Virus record (IMG/VR): IMGVR_UViG_3300033149_002311
Span: 25,265-89,264 of that record
Direction: 5' to 3' (one strand)
From: a virus
DNA length: 64,000 nt
Below are positions 1 through 9,567 of the stretch, piece after piece. The position numbers and the translations under genes are program-made. The notes beneath the pieces are model-generated. The model saw nothing but the letters and a program-made list of their open reading frames with translations. It was not told the origin of the DNA and made no database searches. Positions within the stretch are counted from its first letter, which is position 1, and every line of letters starts with the position of its first letter.

Positions 1-245
1 TTGAATTTAGTTGAGGATTTCCATAGAATATGATTAATGCATTTATCAATGCATTTAAAGTATTCCATAGGGTTGTGCTTTCATGCACAGCAGTGGAAGA
101 AACGCGGACACCCGTAAATATCCGCGTAATTATAGAAAAATACAAATGGCCAATACTGCCTTGGGGGTCCTTGCCTCCCCCTGACACTTAGCTAGGGTAA
201 CGGGAACGGGGAAAAATTAAGAGAGAATTAGAGGGAAGTGTAATA

Positions 246-464
246 ATGGAAATTGATAAAGTTTATAGAATCGATCATTCCCGTAAGGGTATTTTTATAC
301 TAAAAATCACCAGTCAGGATGACACATGGACTACTGGTGTGATTGTTGAAGGTAAGACCACCACCCTCAACCCAGCTAATTCATGCGGGGAAGGTGAAAA
401 GGTGACTCTGCGTACTGCATTCATTCGGTCTGCCAAAGAAATAGGGCTTAAAGATCATGGCTAG
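246..464 (+). CDS. hypothetical protein
   Basis: 72-aa ORF with GAGGGA SD-like sequence upstream; overlaps the next gene. Confidence 0.6.
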   Translation: MEIDKVYRIDHSRKGIFILKITSQDDTWTTGVIVEGKTTTLNPANSCGEGEKVTLRTAFIRSAKEIGLKDHG

Positions 465-1083
465 TGTTAATGGACTGTCCGCTGGTTATGTGCCAGAGAC
501 CCCACCAGAACCGCCCAAGAAAAAGCGGAAACGTAAAAAGGCATTAGGGGGGCATACCTGCGAGGCTTGTGGTGAGGACTACACAGCCAAGGTATCTGTA
601 TTTTATACCCCTGATGAGCATGGTACTTATTGTCTGGGCTGTATGGCTTTCTTTGGGATGGGACAATGGGGAGCGGGTTGCACCAATGTTGATCCCAAGA
701 CCACAATCAAGAAGTTGGCTGAGATCAAGGAGGCCCAGTGGGCGATCATGTTGGCCAGTCGAAGGTTCGGCGGGGCCGTGTACAACACAATTGAATTGGG
801 CTTTGGTGATGTGTTTAAGGTTACTAGAGTGGGGGGTAAATCGGGAGGTCCGAAGTGTACTTTGAAAGAAGCACATTCCCGCTTTAGCATTGATGTGGCT
901 GTAGGGGAAGAGCGAGTTACCCTGTACCCACATGAAGTAGCAGCGATGCCCTTTTTGGATATACTGCAATTGAAAAATGGGGGGCTGTACGAAGAGAGTT
1001 TTGTGACCCCGGAAGACCAGGGGTATTTTAACCCCACTAAAAAAGGAAAGGCTGAGATTATCGATACCTTTGGAGATAGATAA
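457..1083 (+). CDS. hypothetical protein with CxxC...CxxC zinc-finger-like N-terminus
   Basis: 208 aa; CEAC and CLGC pairs; stop overlaps next start (TAATG). Confidence 0.65.
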   Translation: MASVNGLSAGYVPETPPEPPKKKRKRKKALGGHTCEACGEDYTAKVSVFYTPDEHGTYCLGCMAFFGMGQWGAGCTNVDPKTTIKKLAEIKEAQWAIMLASRRFGGAVYNTIELGFGDVFKVTRVGGKSGGPKCTLKEAHSRFSIDVAVGEERVTLYPHEVAAMPFLDILQLKNGGLYEESFVTPEDQGYFNPTKKGKAEIIDTFGDR

Positions 1084-1418
1084 TGAATAAGCATAAGGAC
1101 TGTAAAAGAGGTTTCATCCAACTCTCAAGAGCTTGGTACGCAGATGCGTGTTTAAAGGGTATTGATGATATAACGATCGGTTTCTACCACCCGGAAGGTG
1201 GGACAACTGGGGAATTTTCGATTAAATGGGAAAAACTAGGTGGTAAGGTGGTACCTAAACTCACTGCATTCGATGATGCTTGGGATGCTTTATTAAATTT
1301 TAAGGACTTACTGGAATTGATGGCTACTGTTGATAGTCAAAACATCACACCGAACGAATTCTGTATATTGTTAAGGTCTCTTGGCATTGAAGATAGAACG
1401 AAGGAAATAAGAAATTGA
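1083..1418 (+). CDS. hypothetical protein
   Basis: 111-aa ORF coupled to the previous gene. Confidence 0.6.
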   Translation: MNKHKDCKRGFIQLSRAWYADACLKGIDDITIGFYHPEGGTTGEFSIKWEKLGGKVVPKLTAFDDAWDALLNFKDLLELMATVDSQNITPNEFCILLRSLGIEDRTKEIRN

Positions 1419-1498
1419 AAGGTATAATTATCACTATATTACTAACAGCGTTTATTATTTGGTTATTCGAATCAGATATAGCATATATGGGGTGATCA

Positions 1499-1717
1499 AT
1501 GGACGTTAATGAAATATTGATAGCGCGAAAACAACTGAATAAGGATATATGGGTATTGCTTAATGATTTTGAAAAAACAACTGGCATGGAAGTTAGTTGT
1601 GTGGATTTAACAAAGCATAAAGTTAAATTTGGGAGAGAAATTGTTGGGGGCGTGGGCGTGGAATTACAGTTATCTATTTATTTAAACCCAATACCTGATG
1701 ACTCATTTAATAGGTAG
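1499..1717 (+). CDS. hypothetical protein
   Basis: 72-aa ORF with GGGGTGA SD-like sequence. Confidence 0.5.
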   Translation: MDVNEILIARKQLNKDIWVLLNDFEKTTGMEVSCVDLTKHKVKFGREIVGGVGVELQLSIYLNPIPDDSFNR

Positions 1718-1720
1718 TGG

Positions 1721-1749
1721 TTATCAGCAGCCCATGTCCGTGGTATACT
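1721..1749 (+). promoter_or_regulatory. sigma70-type promoter, extended -10
   Basis: TTATCA-17 bp-TATACT with TGn; followed by GAGGAG SD and ATG 1766. Confidence 0.55.
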
Positions 1750-1765
1750 ATATAGAGGAGCGTAT

Positions 1766-1966
1766 ATGACTGATATCACAGATATCGATATTGGTAAATC
1801 CAACGAGCGTCTTGCTGCAGTTGAAGCTATGAGGCGTGATTATAATGCAATTGTTGAACAAGTTAAGATAGTAGCTAAGATTAGAAAGGCCAGTTTTGAT
1901 GCCCACATCGAAGAGGGGTTTACGCCGGGACAGGCATTAAGATTATGTCAATCAATGACAATATAA
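1766..1966 (+). CDS. hypothetical protein
   Basis: 66 aa, strong SD. Confidence 0.65.
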   Translation: MTDITDIDIGKSNERLAAVEAMRRDYNAIVEQVKIVAKIRKASFDAHIEEGFTPGQALRLCQSMTI

Positions 1967-1976
1967 GGGGAGTGAA

Positions 1977-2306
1977 ATGAATACAGAAAATATGATTAAT
2001 GTAACACACCTAGACACACGTAAGTTGATTAAAAGTGTATATGAGATAAGTGTACCTGTAGGTATGGGGTTTCTTCAGGCAGTTGGTGGTAGTCTAAGTG
2101 ACGAGGATACCGACGCGATCATCGCAGATGGTGGTACAAGATTTTTTAATGGTCAGCGTTGTATCGTGTCGATGGATTATATCTATGGTCGTCAATGTAA
2201 ATTTGGAATTTTTGAAGATGAACAAGGTGAACGTTGGATTAGAAATGAATGGTATGACCATACACCCACTCAACTTGAAAAATTACTGGAAATGGCGGCA
2301 TCATGA
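1977..2306 (+). CDS. hypothetical protein
   Basis: 109 aa, GGGGAG SD. Confidence 0.65.
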   Translation: MNTENMINVTHLDTRKLIKSVYEISVPVGMGFLQAVGGSLSDEDTDAIIADGGTRFFNGQRCIVSMDYIYGRQCKFGIFEDEQGERWIRNEWYDHTPTQLEKLLEMAAS

Positions 2307-2632
2307 ACGCTAATATCGAGAAGATGCGAGAACTGGCCGAAGAAGATTTATCCAATCTGTCAAAAATAACCACGATTGAAGAATTAGGCGATTATATGAA
2401 TTCATTAACTGATGATTTTATGTTAGTTATGAATGAAATTACCAACGGTGGGAAGATTAGCATCAGAATAATCGGCATGATATCTGATATCATGATACAA
2501 TATAAATTCTTCTTTGAGGCATATTCTGAAAACAAATCAGTGATCGAAATGGTCAGTGTGATAATGGCCAATAGACGTAAATTTCTAGAAGACGTATTCA
2601 AGGTGATGGAGGAGGATGCCAATGGGGTGTAA
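2303..2632 (+). CDS. hypothetical protein
   Basis: 109 aa, ATGA overlap with previous gene. Confidence 0.6.
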   Translation: MNANIEKMRELAEEDLSNLSKITTIEELGDYMNSLTDDFMLVMNEITNGGKISIRIIGMISDIMIQYKFFFEAYSENKSVIEMVSVIMANRRKFLEDVFKVMEEDANGV

Positions 2633-3041
2633 TATGGAAAGCGTTATTCGGATAGATTATCAAATAAAAGAGTTGTAAGAGAAGAGGCAATTAATTATCG
2701 AGAAGGTTATTGATAAGTATTGCCCAGTGAAAATAGGTGACGTAGTTATAGTTAATGGTTATTCGTATGGAGGTAAAAGGATGGATATTGAGGTAGCAGC
2801 GGCTAAAACAAAGAGCCTTATTTATTCAAGGAGAGGGTCAGAAGCATTTGAAGTCTTTGAAAATTTCCCGCGCAAAAAATCCGCCCTCCTTCATGTGATG
2901 ATATTACTGGATGCAGTTGAATCTGGGCAAAAGGTAGTGGGGGAAAAAGCTAACCGTTGGCTCGGGTGGTCGCAATGTGCTGCATATAATTCTGGTGTAG
3001 TTACTTTAGATGAAATGAAGCAAATTAATAATGAGGCATAG
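2622..3041 (+). CDS. hypothetical protein with an in-frame TAA at 2676-2678 (possible pseudogene, or two genes)
   Basis: GGAGG then ATG 2622 reads in the same frame as ORF 2727..3041, with a single TAA between them. Confidence 0.4.
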
Positions 3042-3237
3042 TATGTATATAACATATGATTGTTATTTTGAATTCAATGGAACAAAGACAGTTGTAAAGT
3101 CTAATAGGGGGATCAGTACCTTTAAAGACGGATTTTGGGTTACTGATTTACTTCAATTGTCGCAGAAATCATTAGATAATATATATTGGATACCACCCTC
3201 CAGAATATTACACATTACAAAAGTAAATGAACATTAA
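3031..3237 (+). CDS. hypothetical protein
   Basis: 68-aa ORF in a chain of overlapping genes. Confidence 0.5.
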   Translation: MRHSMYITYDCYFEFNGTKTVVKSNRGISTFKDGFWVTDLLQLSQKSLDNIYWIPPSRILHITKVNEH

Positions 3238-3466
3238 AATCGAATTACTTGATAGGGATGGTAACGTTCTTGCTACAACGGAAACGCCTAGTAATCATAA
3301 GCCCGTTGGGATGTATATTAATGGGGCTGCTAAAATTTATCGCGCTCGATATACACTCGAAGGTTGCGTATCATATGGGTTAATAGAGCCTGAAACATTG
3401 GCCCGTGGTTATATAACCATTCACCCAGGACCAAAGGGATTTTTAGAATTCAATGAATCGCGATGA
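3227..3466 (+). CDS. hypothetical protein
   Basis: 79-aa ORF in a chain of overlapping genes. Confidence 0.5.
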   Translation: MNIKIELLDRDGNVLATTETPSNHKPVGMYINGAAKIYRARYTLEGCVSYGLIEPETLARGYITIHPGPKGFLEFNESR

Positions 3467-3740
3467 ATTAATGAAATTATCCGCGGATAAGGCCCTTAAG
3501 GAGTTAGATTGGGATAGTATAGAATATTTATTTAAACCAAGAAACATGGGTGCTCTGTTGTTGCGCCTTGATTTCGAAGGGTTTAAAAATAAAGTGTATG
3601 AGGCATTCGTTGATGATTCACCGACTGCCATGCCACACCGATTTAGAGGGCAATATTGGCCAGCATGGCATTCAGCGATCGAAGTAGAAGAATTCTACAG
3701 GGTAATTAAAGCTAAGCATGATGAATTATTGGGTCATTGA
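3453..3740 (+). CDS. hypothetical protein
   Basis: 95-aa ORF in a chain of overlapping genes. Confidence 0.55.
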   Translation: MNRDELMKLSADKALKELDWDSIEYLFKPRNMGALLLRLDFEGFKNKVYEAFVDDSPTAMPHRFRGQYWPAWHSAIEVEEFYRVIKAKHDELLGH

Positions 3741-4131
3741 TAAACGCGATTTGAGCATTACCGGTCCGGTTAAATCCGTAGATCATGTTTCGAATATGGA
3801 TTTTCACTTGGTAGTAATCACGAATTGGTATGATGTAAAAGCACAATTTACACCCACCCAAAAAGAAGATTTATTTGAAAAACTAAAAAATTCACGTAAA
3901 TATCCCATGTGCATCGACCAAGCGATATTTTGGGCTCTACCGGGGAACAAGAAACCGAAAGCGATAAGGAGAGCCCCCACGACGACCGACAGTGCCACAC
4001 TGGACGAGGTATATCGGCAGGCAGCGGGAGTCCTAGGAGAGCCAGAGAAGGCTCTCCGGGATAGATATGCACACCTAGGTGCTGGTCTACAGTCCATGAA
4101 CCTCAGGAATAGGATGAGAAAGTATGATTAA
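3718..4131 (+). CDS. hypothetical phage protein
   Basis: 137 aa; overlaps both neighbours. Confidence 0.6.
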   Translation: MMNYWVIDKRDLSITGPVKSVDHVSNMDFHLVVITNWYDVKAQFTPTQKEDLFEKLKNSRKYPMCIDQAIFWALPGNKKPKAIRRAPTTTDSATLDEVYRQAAGVLGEPEKALRDRYAHLGAGLQSMNLRNRMRKYD

Positions 4132-4543
4132 TGATTGGATTAATGGTGGTATCGAACTGGTTGGTGCATATTTCACGTGGATGAATGCTTGGGTATTATA
4201 TAAAGATCGGGAAATAAAAGGTATATACTGGCCCGCTATGGCTTTTTTTGCATTTTGGGGCTTATGGAATCTTTATTATTACCCCAGCTTAGATCAGTGG
4301 GTGAGTTTCGCAGCAGGAATCGTATTAGTAGCAGGTAATTTAACTTGGGTAGTGATGGCTATTAATATTAAATATGGAATGTATGATTATATTTGGTGGC
4401 ATTGGATTATAAAGGGTAATTTTTGGCATAAAAGGATGAATTCCGCTTATTGGTACAATAGAACTAAAAATATAGATTCAGCGATAAGTTTATGTCAACA
4501 AAATCGTGATCGATATGAAAGATGTGAGGTTAAATACGGCTGA
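4124..4543 (+). CDS. membrane protein with about 3 TM helices (PQ-loop/SemiSWEET-like size)
   Basis: Three hydrophobic segments in the first 85 aa; family assignment tentative. Confidence 0.5.
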   Translation: MINDWINGGIELVGAYFTWMNAWVLYKDREIKGIYWPAMAFFAFWGLWNLYYYPSLDQWVSFAAGIVLVAGNLTWVVMAINIKYGMYDYIWWHWIIKGNFWHKRMNSAYWYNRTKNIDSAISLCQQNRDRYERCEVKYG

Positions 4544-4697
4544 TATAACAATGGAAGATATGATCAAGCAGATTGCTAAAGGTAATAATATCGATCTAGA
4601 TGTGGAAGCTATTAATACTATTAGGCGGTTGCGAAATGAAGGTGATACCCATGCTGCTAATGTTATTGAAAGATTGCTTATGGAGTTAAAGAAATGA
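4506..4697 (+). CDS. hypothetical protein
   Basis: 63 aa; ATGA overlap with next gene. Confidence 0.5.
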   Translation: MIDMKDVRLNTADITMEDMIKQIAKGNNIDLDVEAINTIRRLRNEGDTHAANVIERLLMELKK

Positions 4698-5086
4698 TTT
4701 CAGCCTTAATGTGCCTAGCACTTAATATTTATTTTGAAGCGGCAGTTGAATCAATCCCCGGTAAATGGGCAGTCGGTCAAGTAGTTATTAATAGAGTTGA
4801 AAGTAGACGATACCCCGATACTATTTGTAAAGTTATTAAACAATACAAACAGTTTTCGTGGTATTGGGATGGTAAGTCAGATAAACCAGATAAAAAATCA
4901 AAAGCTTGGAAGGATTCGTATAAAGTGGCTGAGATATTGATATATAACCGGTATAATGACATCCACGATTTTTCTGAAGGGGCTAGTCATTATTATAACC
5001 CAAATATAGCTAGCCCTAATTGGCAAAATTCAGGAAAATTGACAACTGTTATAGGTAATCACGTTTTTAGAAGATTAAAATTATAA
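4694..5086 (+). CDS. cell wall hydrolase, SleB/Hydrolase_2 family
   Basis: CLALNIYFEA...AVGQVVINRV...YPDTICKVI.Q..QFSW...GASHYY...IGNHVF motifs. Confidence 0.85.
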   Translation: MISALMCLALNIYFEAAVESIPGKWAVGQVVINRVESRRYPDTICKVIKQYKQFSWYWDGKSDKPDKKSKAWKDSYKVAEILIYNRYNDIHDFSEGASHYYNPNIASPNWQNSGKLTTVIGNHVFRRLKL

Positions 5087-5095
5087 TCACACCCA

Positions 5096-5124
5096 TTGTC
5101 AGCGACATGTGGATGTGGTATACT
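5096..5124 (+). promoter_or_regulatory. sigma70-type promoter, extended -10
   Basis: TTGTCA-17 bp-TATACT with TGn; AGGAG SD downstream. Confidence 0.65.
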
Positions 5125-5139
5125 AGCTTATAGGAGAGA

Positions 5140-5565
5140 GTGAGTATGGGAACTAATTATTACGTAGAAGCAGAAATTGGTGATGCATGCCCGGTGTGCA
5201 AACACCGTAAAGAAATTGAGAAAGAATTACATATTGGTAAGTCATCCAGGGGGTGGTGTTTCGCCCTGCACTCGATTCCCGAACTAGGTTTAACCAACTG
5301 GCATAATTGGCAAGTTTTTCTTAAAGATAAATCCATTAAAAATGAATATAGAGAACAAATAACTCTCGATGAACTTTCAGATATCGTACTTAACAGAAGC
5401 CGCACTCCGTGTTGGGATCACCCACCACTTGCATACACTAGTTGGGAAAAATTCCATGAGTTAAATCATTCCATGGAAGGGCCGAATGGTATGATCCGTA
5501 GTGCGAGGAATGATGGCCACGGTGGTGATGAGCCTTGGGACTTATATGAGAATGAGTTTTGCTAA
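5140..5565 (+). CDS. hypothetical phage protein
   Basis: MGTNYY...CPVC...LHIGKSSRGWCF pattern common in phage hypotheticals. Confidence 0.65.
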   Translation: MSMGTNYYVEAEIGDACPVCKHRKEIEKELHIGKSSRGWCFALHSIPELGLTNWHNWQVFLKDKSIKNEYREQITLDELSDIVLNRSRTPCWDHPPLAYTSWEKFHELNHSMEGPNGMIRSARNDGHGGDEPWDLYENEFC

Positions 5566-5951
5566 TGAACAGACGCACCTTTTTAAAGTTGGTTGCTGGA
5601 GCTATCATTACTCCTTATGTCGTGCAAGCGAACATACCGGAATATAAATCGGGGCCAGATGGTTATCTGAAAGTCTATATTAAAACTAGTGATGGTGAGT
5701 TTGTTTACGAAGCCCCTTATACAATGGAAATTAAAGAGAATGTAATAAAATTATTATCTATTGAAGATTTGGTTATACACCCCAAAAAAGAAATCTATGT
5801 TAGAAGCATATCGGTGTCCATCCCTGATGATTTCAAGCCATACACTCATAGGAAAAAATTATTACTATGGGACGGATTTACACCAGTATCGGCAGATAGT
5901 AGTCTAACTATAGAGTGGGAAACTAATGGTATCATGGAGATCGCAATATAG
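5559..5951 (+). CDS. protein with twin-arginine (Tat)-like signal
   Basis: N-terminus MNRRTFLKLVAGAII. Confidence 0.55.
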   Translation: MLMNRRTFLKLVAGAIITPYVVQANIPEYKSGPDGYLKVYIKTSDGEFVYEAPYTMEIKENVIKLLSIEDLVIHPKKEIYVRSISVSIPDDFKPYTHRKKLLLWDGFTPVSADSSLTIEWETNGIMEIAI

Positions 5952-6160
5952 TGGCTAGTAAAGTCATAGATAAGATGGATGCTAATTTGGCAGAATTGAT
6001 GTCTTGGGTCCCAGATGAATTACATCAAGCATTAAAGCAGGCATACGTGCTGGGGGCAAGAGAAGTTTATAAAAGCACAATAAATATGCAGACCCTTTAT
6101 GAAGAGTATGATAATATGCTGAAAGGTAAATATCTGTGGGATAAGAAAGATTCGACGTAG
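5951..6160 (+). CDS. hypothetical protein
   Basis: 69 aa, coupled start. Confidence 0.5.
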   Translation: MASKVIDKMDANLAELMSWVPDELHQALKQAYVLGAREVYKSTINMQTLYEEYDNMLKGKYLWDKKDST

Positions 6161-6165
6161 AGTGG

Positions 6166-6194
6166 TTGTATAGTACATATGACTGTGATATACT
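6166..6194 (+). promoter_or_regulatory. sigma70-type promoter, extended -10
   Basis: TTGTAT-17 bp-TATACT with TGn; GAGGAG SD then ATG 6217. Confidence 0.55.
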
Positions 6195-6216
6195 ATATAT
6201 AGAGGAGAGATTAATC

Positions 6217-6378
6217 ATGAAGAAAGAAGCAACGCATTTTCGAAAAGGTAAGACGATCCGTGGTCCTGAAGGTGATAAAACGTACCGATACCACAATGAA
6301 GCTAAACGTGCATCACGCGCCATCCAAAAGAGTGGTGGGATTTTACGTAATGTAGAGAAGTTCCCTAATGTCGGTTAA
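6217..6378 (+). CDS. small basic hypothetical protein
   Basis: SD-supported ATG 6217 within track ORF 6166..6378. Confidence 0.55.
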   Translation: MKKEATHFRKGKTIRGPEGDKTYRYHNEAKRASRAIQKSGGILRNVEKFPNVG

Positions 6379-6622
6379 TATTATAAAATCGAATGGTGAT
6401 CATGAAGCCAAAAAGTTTATCAACGTACCGACACTACAGGAATTACAGGAATTAATCGGGGGTTATATTAAAATAATTTGTTTAGGTGGCAATAGACAAA
6501 TGATTGTTGATGAAGATGGTTTACTTAAGGGTAAACTAGCCAATCAGGAAGCATCTGCACTAGCAAAGCGTTTAATTGTCGGGGATATAGTTATTCTCGA
6601 GGGAAGTCATAGAATATTATGA
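6368..6622 (+). CDS. DUF3846-like protein
   Basis: LQELIGGYI...IVDEDG......N..AS...IVGD pattern. Confidence 0.65.
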   Translation: MSVNIIKSNGDHEAKKFINVPTLQELQELIGGYIKIICLGGNRQMIVDEDGLLKGKLANQEASALAKRLIVGDIVILEGSHRIL

Positions 6623-6882
6623 ATCAGATGCAATTACGAAGAGAGCGAGATGTAGTATTCATTGCATTAGAGAAAAAATCCCGGAATGGTGTAACCGTTA
6701 AAGATTTAATGGAAAGTAACTCTGAATTATTCAATAACACCACCAACACCAGAGATTACATTAGAAATTTACGTAACAGGTGTGACTCGGTACAAGTAAG
6801 GATTCATCACAGTATAACGCATTATCATATAGCACCGAATTTATATGATATGTTTCATTTTAAACGGGAGAAAAGAGTATGA
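6619..6882 (+). CDS. hypothetical protein (possibly winged helix)
   Basis: 87 aa, ATGA-coupled. Confidence 0.5.
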   Translation: MNQMQLRRERDVVFIALEKKSRNGVTVKDLMESNSELFNNTTNTRDYIRNLRNRCDSVQVRIHHSITHYHIAPNLYDMFHFKREKRV

Positions 6883-7364
6883 ATTTGCACGATTTGGTAT
6901 CAACACCACGTGGTAAAGGTAGAATAATAGCTTTAAGTGTCGATAAACGGGCTATCAGGGTCCGACATCCGGGTGCACGTGGTTATCGCGAATACCCAAT
7001 GTCGGATGTAAGTGTGGTGCATAAAGCCAAGAAAAAAGACAAGTCTTGGAAGTTTAAGGTAATGAACAGTAGTGCCATTGATTGGGATTTGGTTATCGAA
7101 GACTTAAATCGTGACAATCCGATACAGTTGATCACAATGAATGAACAGCGGTACGTGGCTGTGCACCATACTCTATTTATGAAAGCCGATGATATCGATA
7201 TGACGTTGCCTGCAGGTTTGACATCCATTGAATTGAAGGGTGCTACTATTTTTATTACTCCCGGCCATTTCTCGGCATGGGTGGACTGGGCTAGAAAAGT
7301 GAAGTCTGCTAAATGGGTGAATCGCAACCCATGTACTGTTGAAATTTCAATGCCAAGTATCTAA
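6879..7364 (+). CDS. hypothetical protein
   Basis: 161 aa, coupled on both sides. Confidence 0.6.
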   Translation: MNLHDLVSTPRGKGRIIALSVDKRAIRVRHPGARGYREYPMSDVSVVHKAKKKDKSWKFKVMNSSAIDWDLVIEDLNRDNPIQLITMNEQRYVAVHHTLFMKADDIDMTLPAGLTSIELKGATIFITPGHFSAWVDWARKVKSAKWVNRNPCTVEISMPSI

Positions 7365-7954
7365 TGGAGATCGATAATTTCTTAAGTTTTATTGACAGGG
7401 GTGAAATCCCACCAAAACCACCGGGGTGCACCATGATGGGGCGACAAGGGTTGGATATCGGTTTTGATGGTCGATCTGAATGCATAAAGCGTGGGATGTG
7501 GGCTATTGTTGAAAGACAGTGGGTGAGGAAGTTAGCCGAATGGATCGATGGCCGTAATTGTCTTGAAGTAATGGCTGGGGCCGGTTGGTTAGCAAAAGCC
7601 TTAGATGATGAAGGGGTGGGTATAATTGCTACTGATGATTATTCGTGGGATGGGAATCAACATCCTGTGAATATGACTAGGGTGCACCCAGTACAGTGCA
7701 CCCCGGCCATCGACGTGGTGGCATCCCCCGAGCCCGACGTGCTCATCATCTCATGGCCCCCCTATGGCAGTAGCGATATTATCGACATATGCTCCCGATG
7801 GGGTCCTGATCGCCCGATAGTATATATCGGGGAAGAGGGCGGGTGTAATGCGCCCGAGGAATTTTTTGATAATTTTGAGATAACGGGTCCGGACATTCAT
7901 CTACCGCAATGGTACGGTCTGCATGATCAAATTATGATAGGGCATTATAAATGA
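7364..7954 (+). CDS. class I SAM-dependent methyltransferase-like protein
   Basis: LEVMAGAGW motif I, IIATD, ISWPPY. Confidence 0.65.
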   Translation: MEIDNFLSFIDRGEIPPKPPGCTMMGRQGLDIGFDGRSECIKRGMWAIVERQWVRKLAEWIDGRNCLEVMAGAGWLAKALDDEGVGIIATDDYSWDGNQHPVNMTRVHPVQCTPAIDVVASPEPDVLIISWPPYGSSDIIDICSRWGPDRPIVYIGEEGGCNAPEEFFDNFEITGPDIHLPQWYGLHDQIMIGHYK

Positions 7955-8110
7955 ATGATCAGGAATTTGACCGTATTATTGCTAAGGTTGATGAAAGTCT
8001 TAACGAAGAAAATCAAGCTAGATTCAGGGCCATGGACCGAGAAGTGCAAAAAATAGTAGTGTGGGATATGTTAGACCATAAAATTATTGATTTTAATGTG
8101 GGGCATTGAA

Positions 8111-9175
8111 ATGTTAAGTAAATCATATGAATTATCGCTGTCAAAGAACTACGTCAATCATTGGGGTATGGTGGAGGGTGTGCGTGAATTGTTGCAGAAT
8201 GCCATTGATAGTGACTCACCGTTTGAGTGGGAACTTGATGATGGTAAGTTGTTATTACACTCCCGATTCAGTAAGTTAGAGCCAAGAACGTTATTACTCG
8301 GTTCATCATCTAAAACGGATGACCCTGATTCTATCGGTAATTTCGGTGAGGGTTATAAGATCGCTATGTTAGTATTAACCCGGTTGGGTTATGATATGAA
8401 GATATATAATGGTCGAAACACTTGGGTACCAGAATTCCGCTTTAATCGCAAGTATGAGTCTGATATGTTATATGTGGTTTCATCATCCGCCAGTGTTATT
8501 AATGAAGGCGTAACGTTTGAAGTATCGGGTCTGTCCGATTTTGATATAGACCAGATAAAAGATATGTGCCTACATCTGCAAGACGACATCGGTGAGATTA
8601 AACAGACCAATTATGGTAGGATTTTAATCAATAAACCGGGGCGTTTATATGTTGGTGGTTTGTTCATCTGTAACACTGAATTAAAATATGGATATGACAT
8701 CGATCCGAAGCATATCACACTGGAACGAGATCGCCAAACAGTTAGCAACTGGGATTTACAAAAACTTACCACTAAGATGTGGTTTGAAACCAGTGATATG
8801 GACTTAGTAGTAAGCCTGATTGAGGCCAATTTAGATGATGTAGGTTATGCTGATTGGGGCACACCTGAAGTAATAAAGGATGCCTGTTATAGGCATTTTA
8901 GAGCCAAGTGTCCCGAGGAAGTTATAGCTAAGGATCAGGCAGAACTTGAAGCCTTAGTGGAAAGAGGTATGAAGGTATATGTATCCAGTGGTTATTATGG
9001 GAATATAGTTAAGAGTACCTCTGCATATCGGGCCGATGTTAAGGGTTATAAGTTAAACATCAGCATCAATCAGGAAATGGAAGAATGGTTTAAAAAGAAT
9101 AGACGATATATGCGGCGACATGCTATAGTGGCTTTTAAGAAATTATTGCTGGAGTCTAAGAAATGGAAACGATAG
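8111..9175 (+). CDS. GHKL (Hsp90/MORC-like) ATPase domain protein
   Basis: VRELLQNAID N-box and IGNFGEGYK G-box; ATG 8111 preferred over TTG 8087. Confidence 0.8.
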   Translation: MLSKSYELSLSKNYVNHWGMVEGVRELLQNAIDSDSPFEWELDDGKLLLHSRFSKLEPRTLLLGSSSKTDDPDSIGNFGEGYKIAMLVLTRLGYDMKIYNGRNTWVPEFRFNRKYESDMLYVVSSSASVINEGVTFEVSGLSDFDIDQIKDMCLHLQDDIGEIKQTNYGRILINKPGRLYVGGLFICNTELKYGYDIDPKHITLERDRQTVSNWDLQKLTTKMWFETSDMDLVVSLIEANLDDVGYADWGTPEVIKDACYRHFRAKCPEEVIAKDQAELEALVERGMKVYVSSGYYGNIVKSTSAYRADVKGYKLNISINQEMEEWFKKNRRYMRRHAIVAFKKLLLESKKWKR

Positions 9176-9567
9176 ATTTCAAAAAAGGCATGCCAGTTCG
9201 GCATATACCACCGCACGTTAATGGAGATGAAAATCATTCAGATTGTGAGAATGGCATAGTTTCCTCGATAAATGATAAGTGGGTATTTGTAAAGTATGAT
9301 AATTTGTGTTGTAATATGGTAACGGGGGATGAACCATACACTGCGCAGGCTACTAGCCCTGAGAATTTGATAATAAGAAAAAAAGCAAGAATATTGAAGG
9401 ATGATATTATCAGCAGATTCATGGCCGGGGAAATTGGTATTTTATTAAAGAATGATTTTGATAAATATGATTACTTTGTTCAGTTGCCACCTGTTATGTT
9501 AAATGGAGAAGAAATACATAGGTCTTATTATTTTTATAAAGACGAGGTTGAATTAATTAATGAGTGA
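9163..9567 (+). CDS. hypothetical protein
   Basis: 134 aa, GGAG SD. Confidence 0.6.
   Translation: METIDFKKGMPVRHIPPHVNGDENHSDCENGIVSSINDKWVFVKYDNLCCNMVTGDEPYTAQATSPENLIIRKKARILKDDIISRFMAGEIGILLKNDFDKYDYFVQLPPVMLNGEEIHRSYYFYKDEVELINE

Noticed and set aside
70-185. Small hairpins at the left edge (TGTGC/GCACA, ACGCGGA/TCCGCGT)
   Set aside because: Short stems with truncated upstream context; not enough to call an RNA or terminator.
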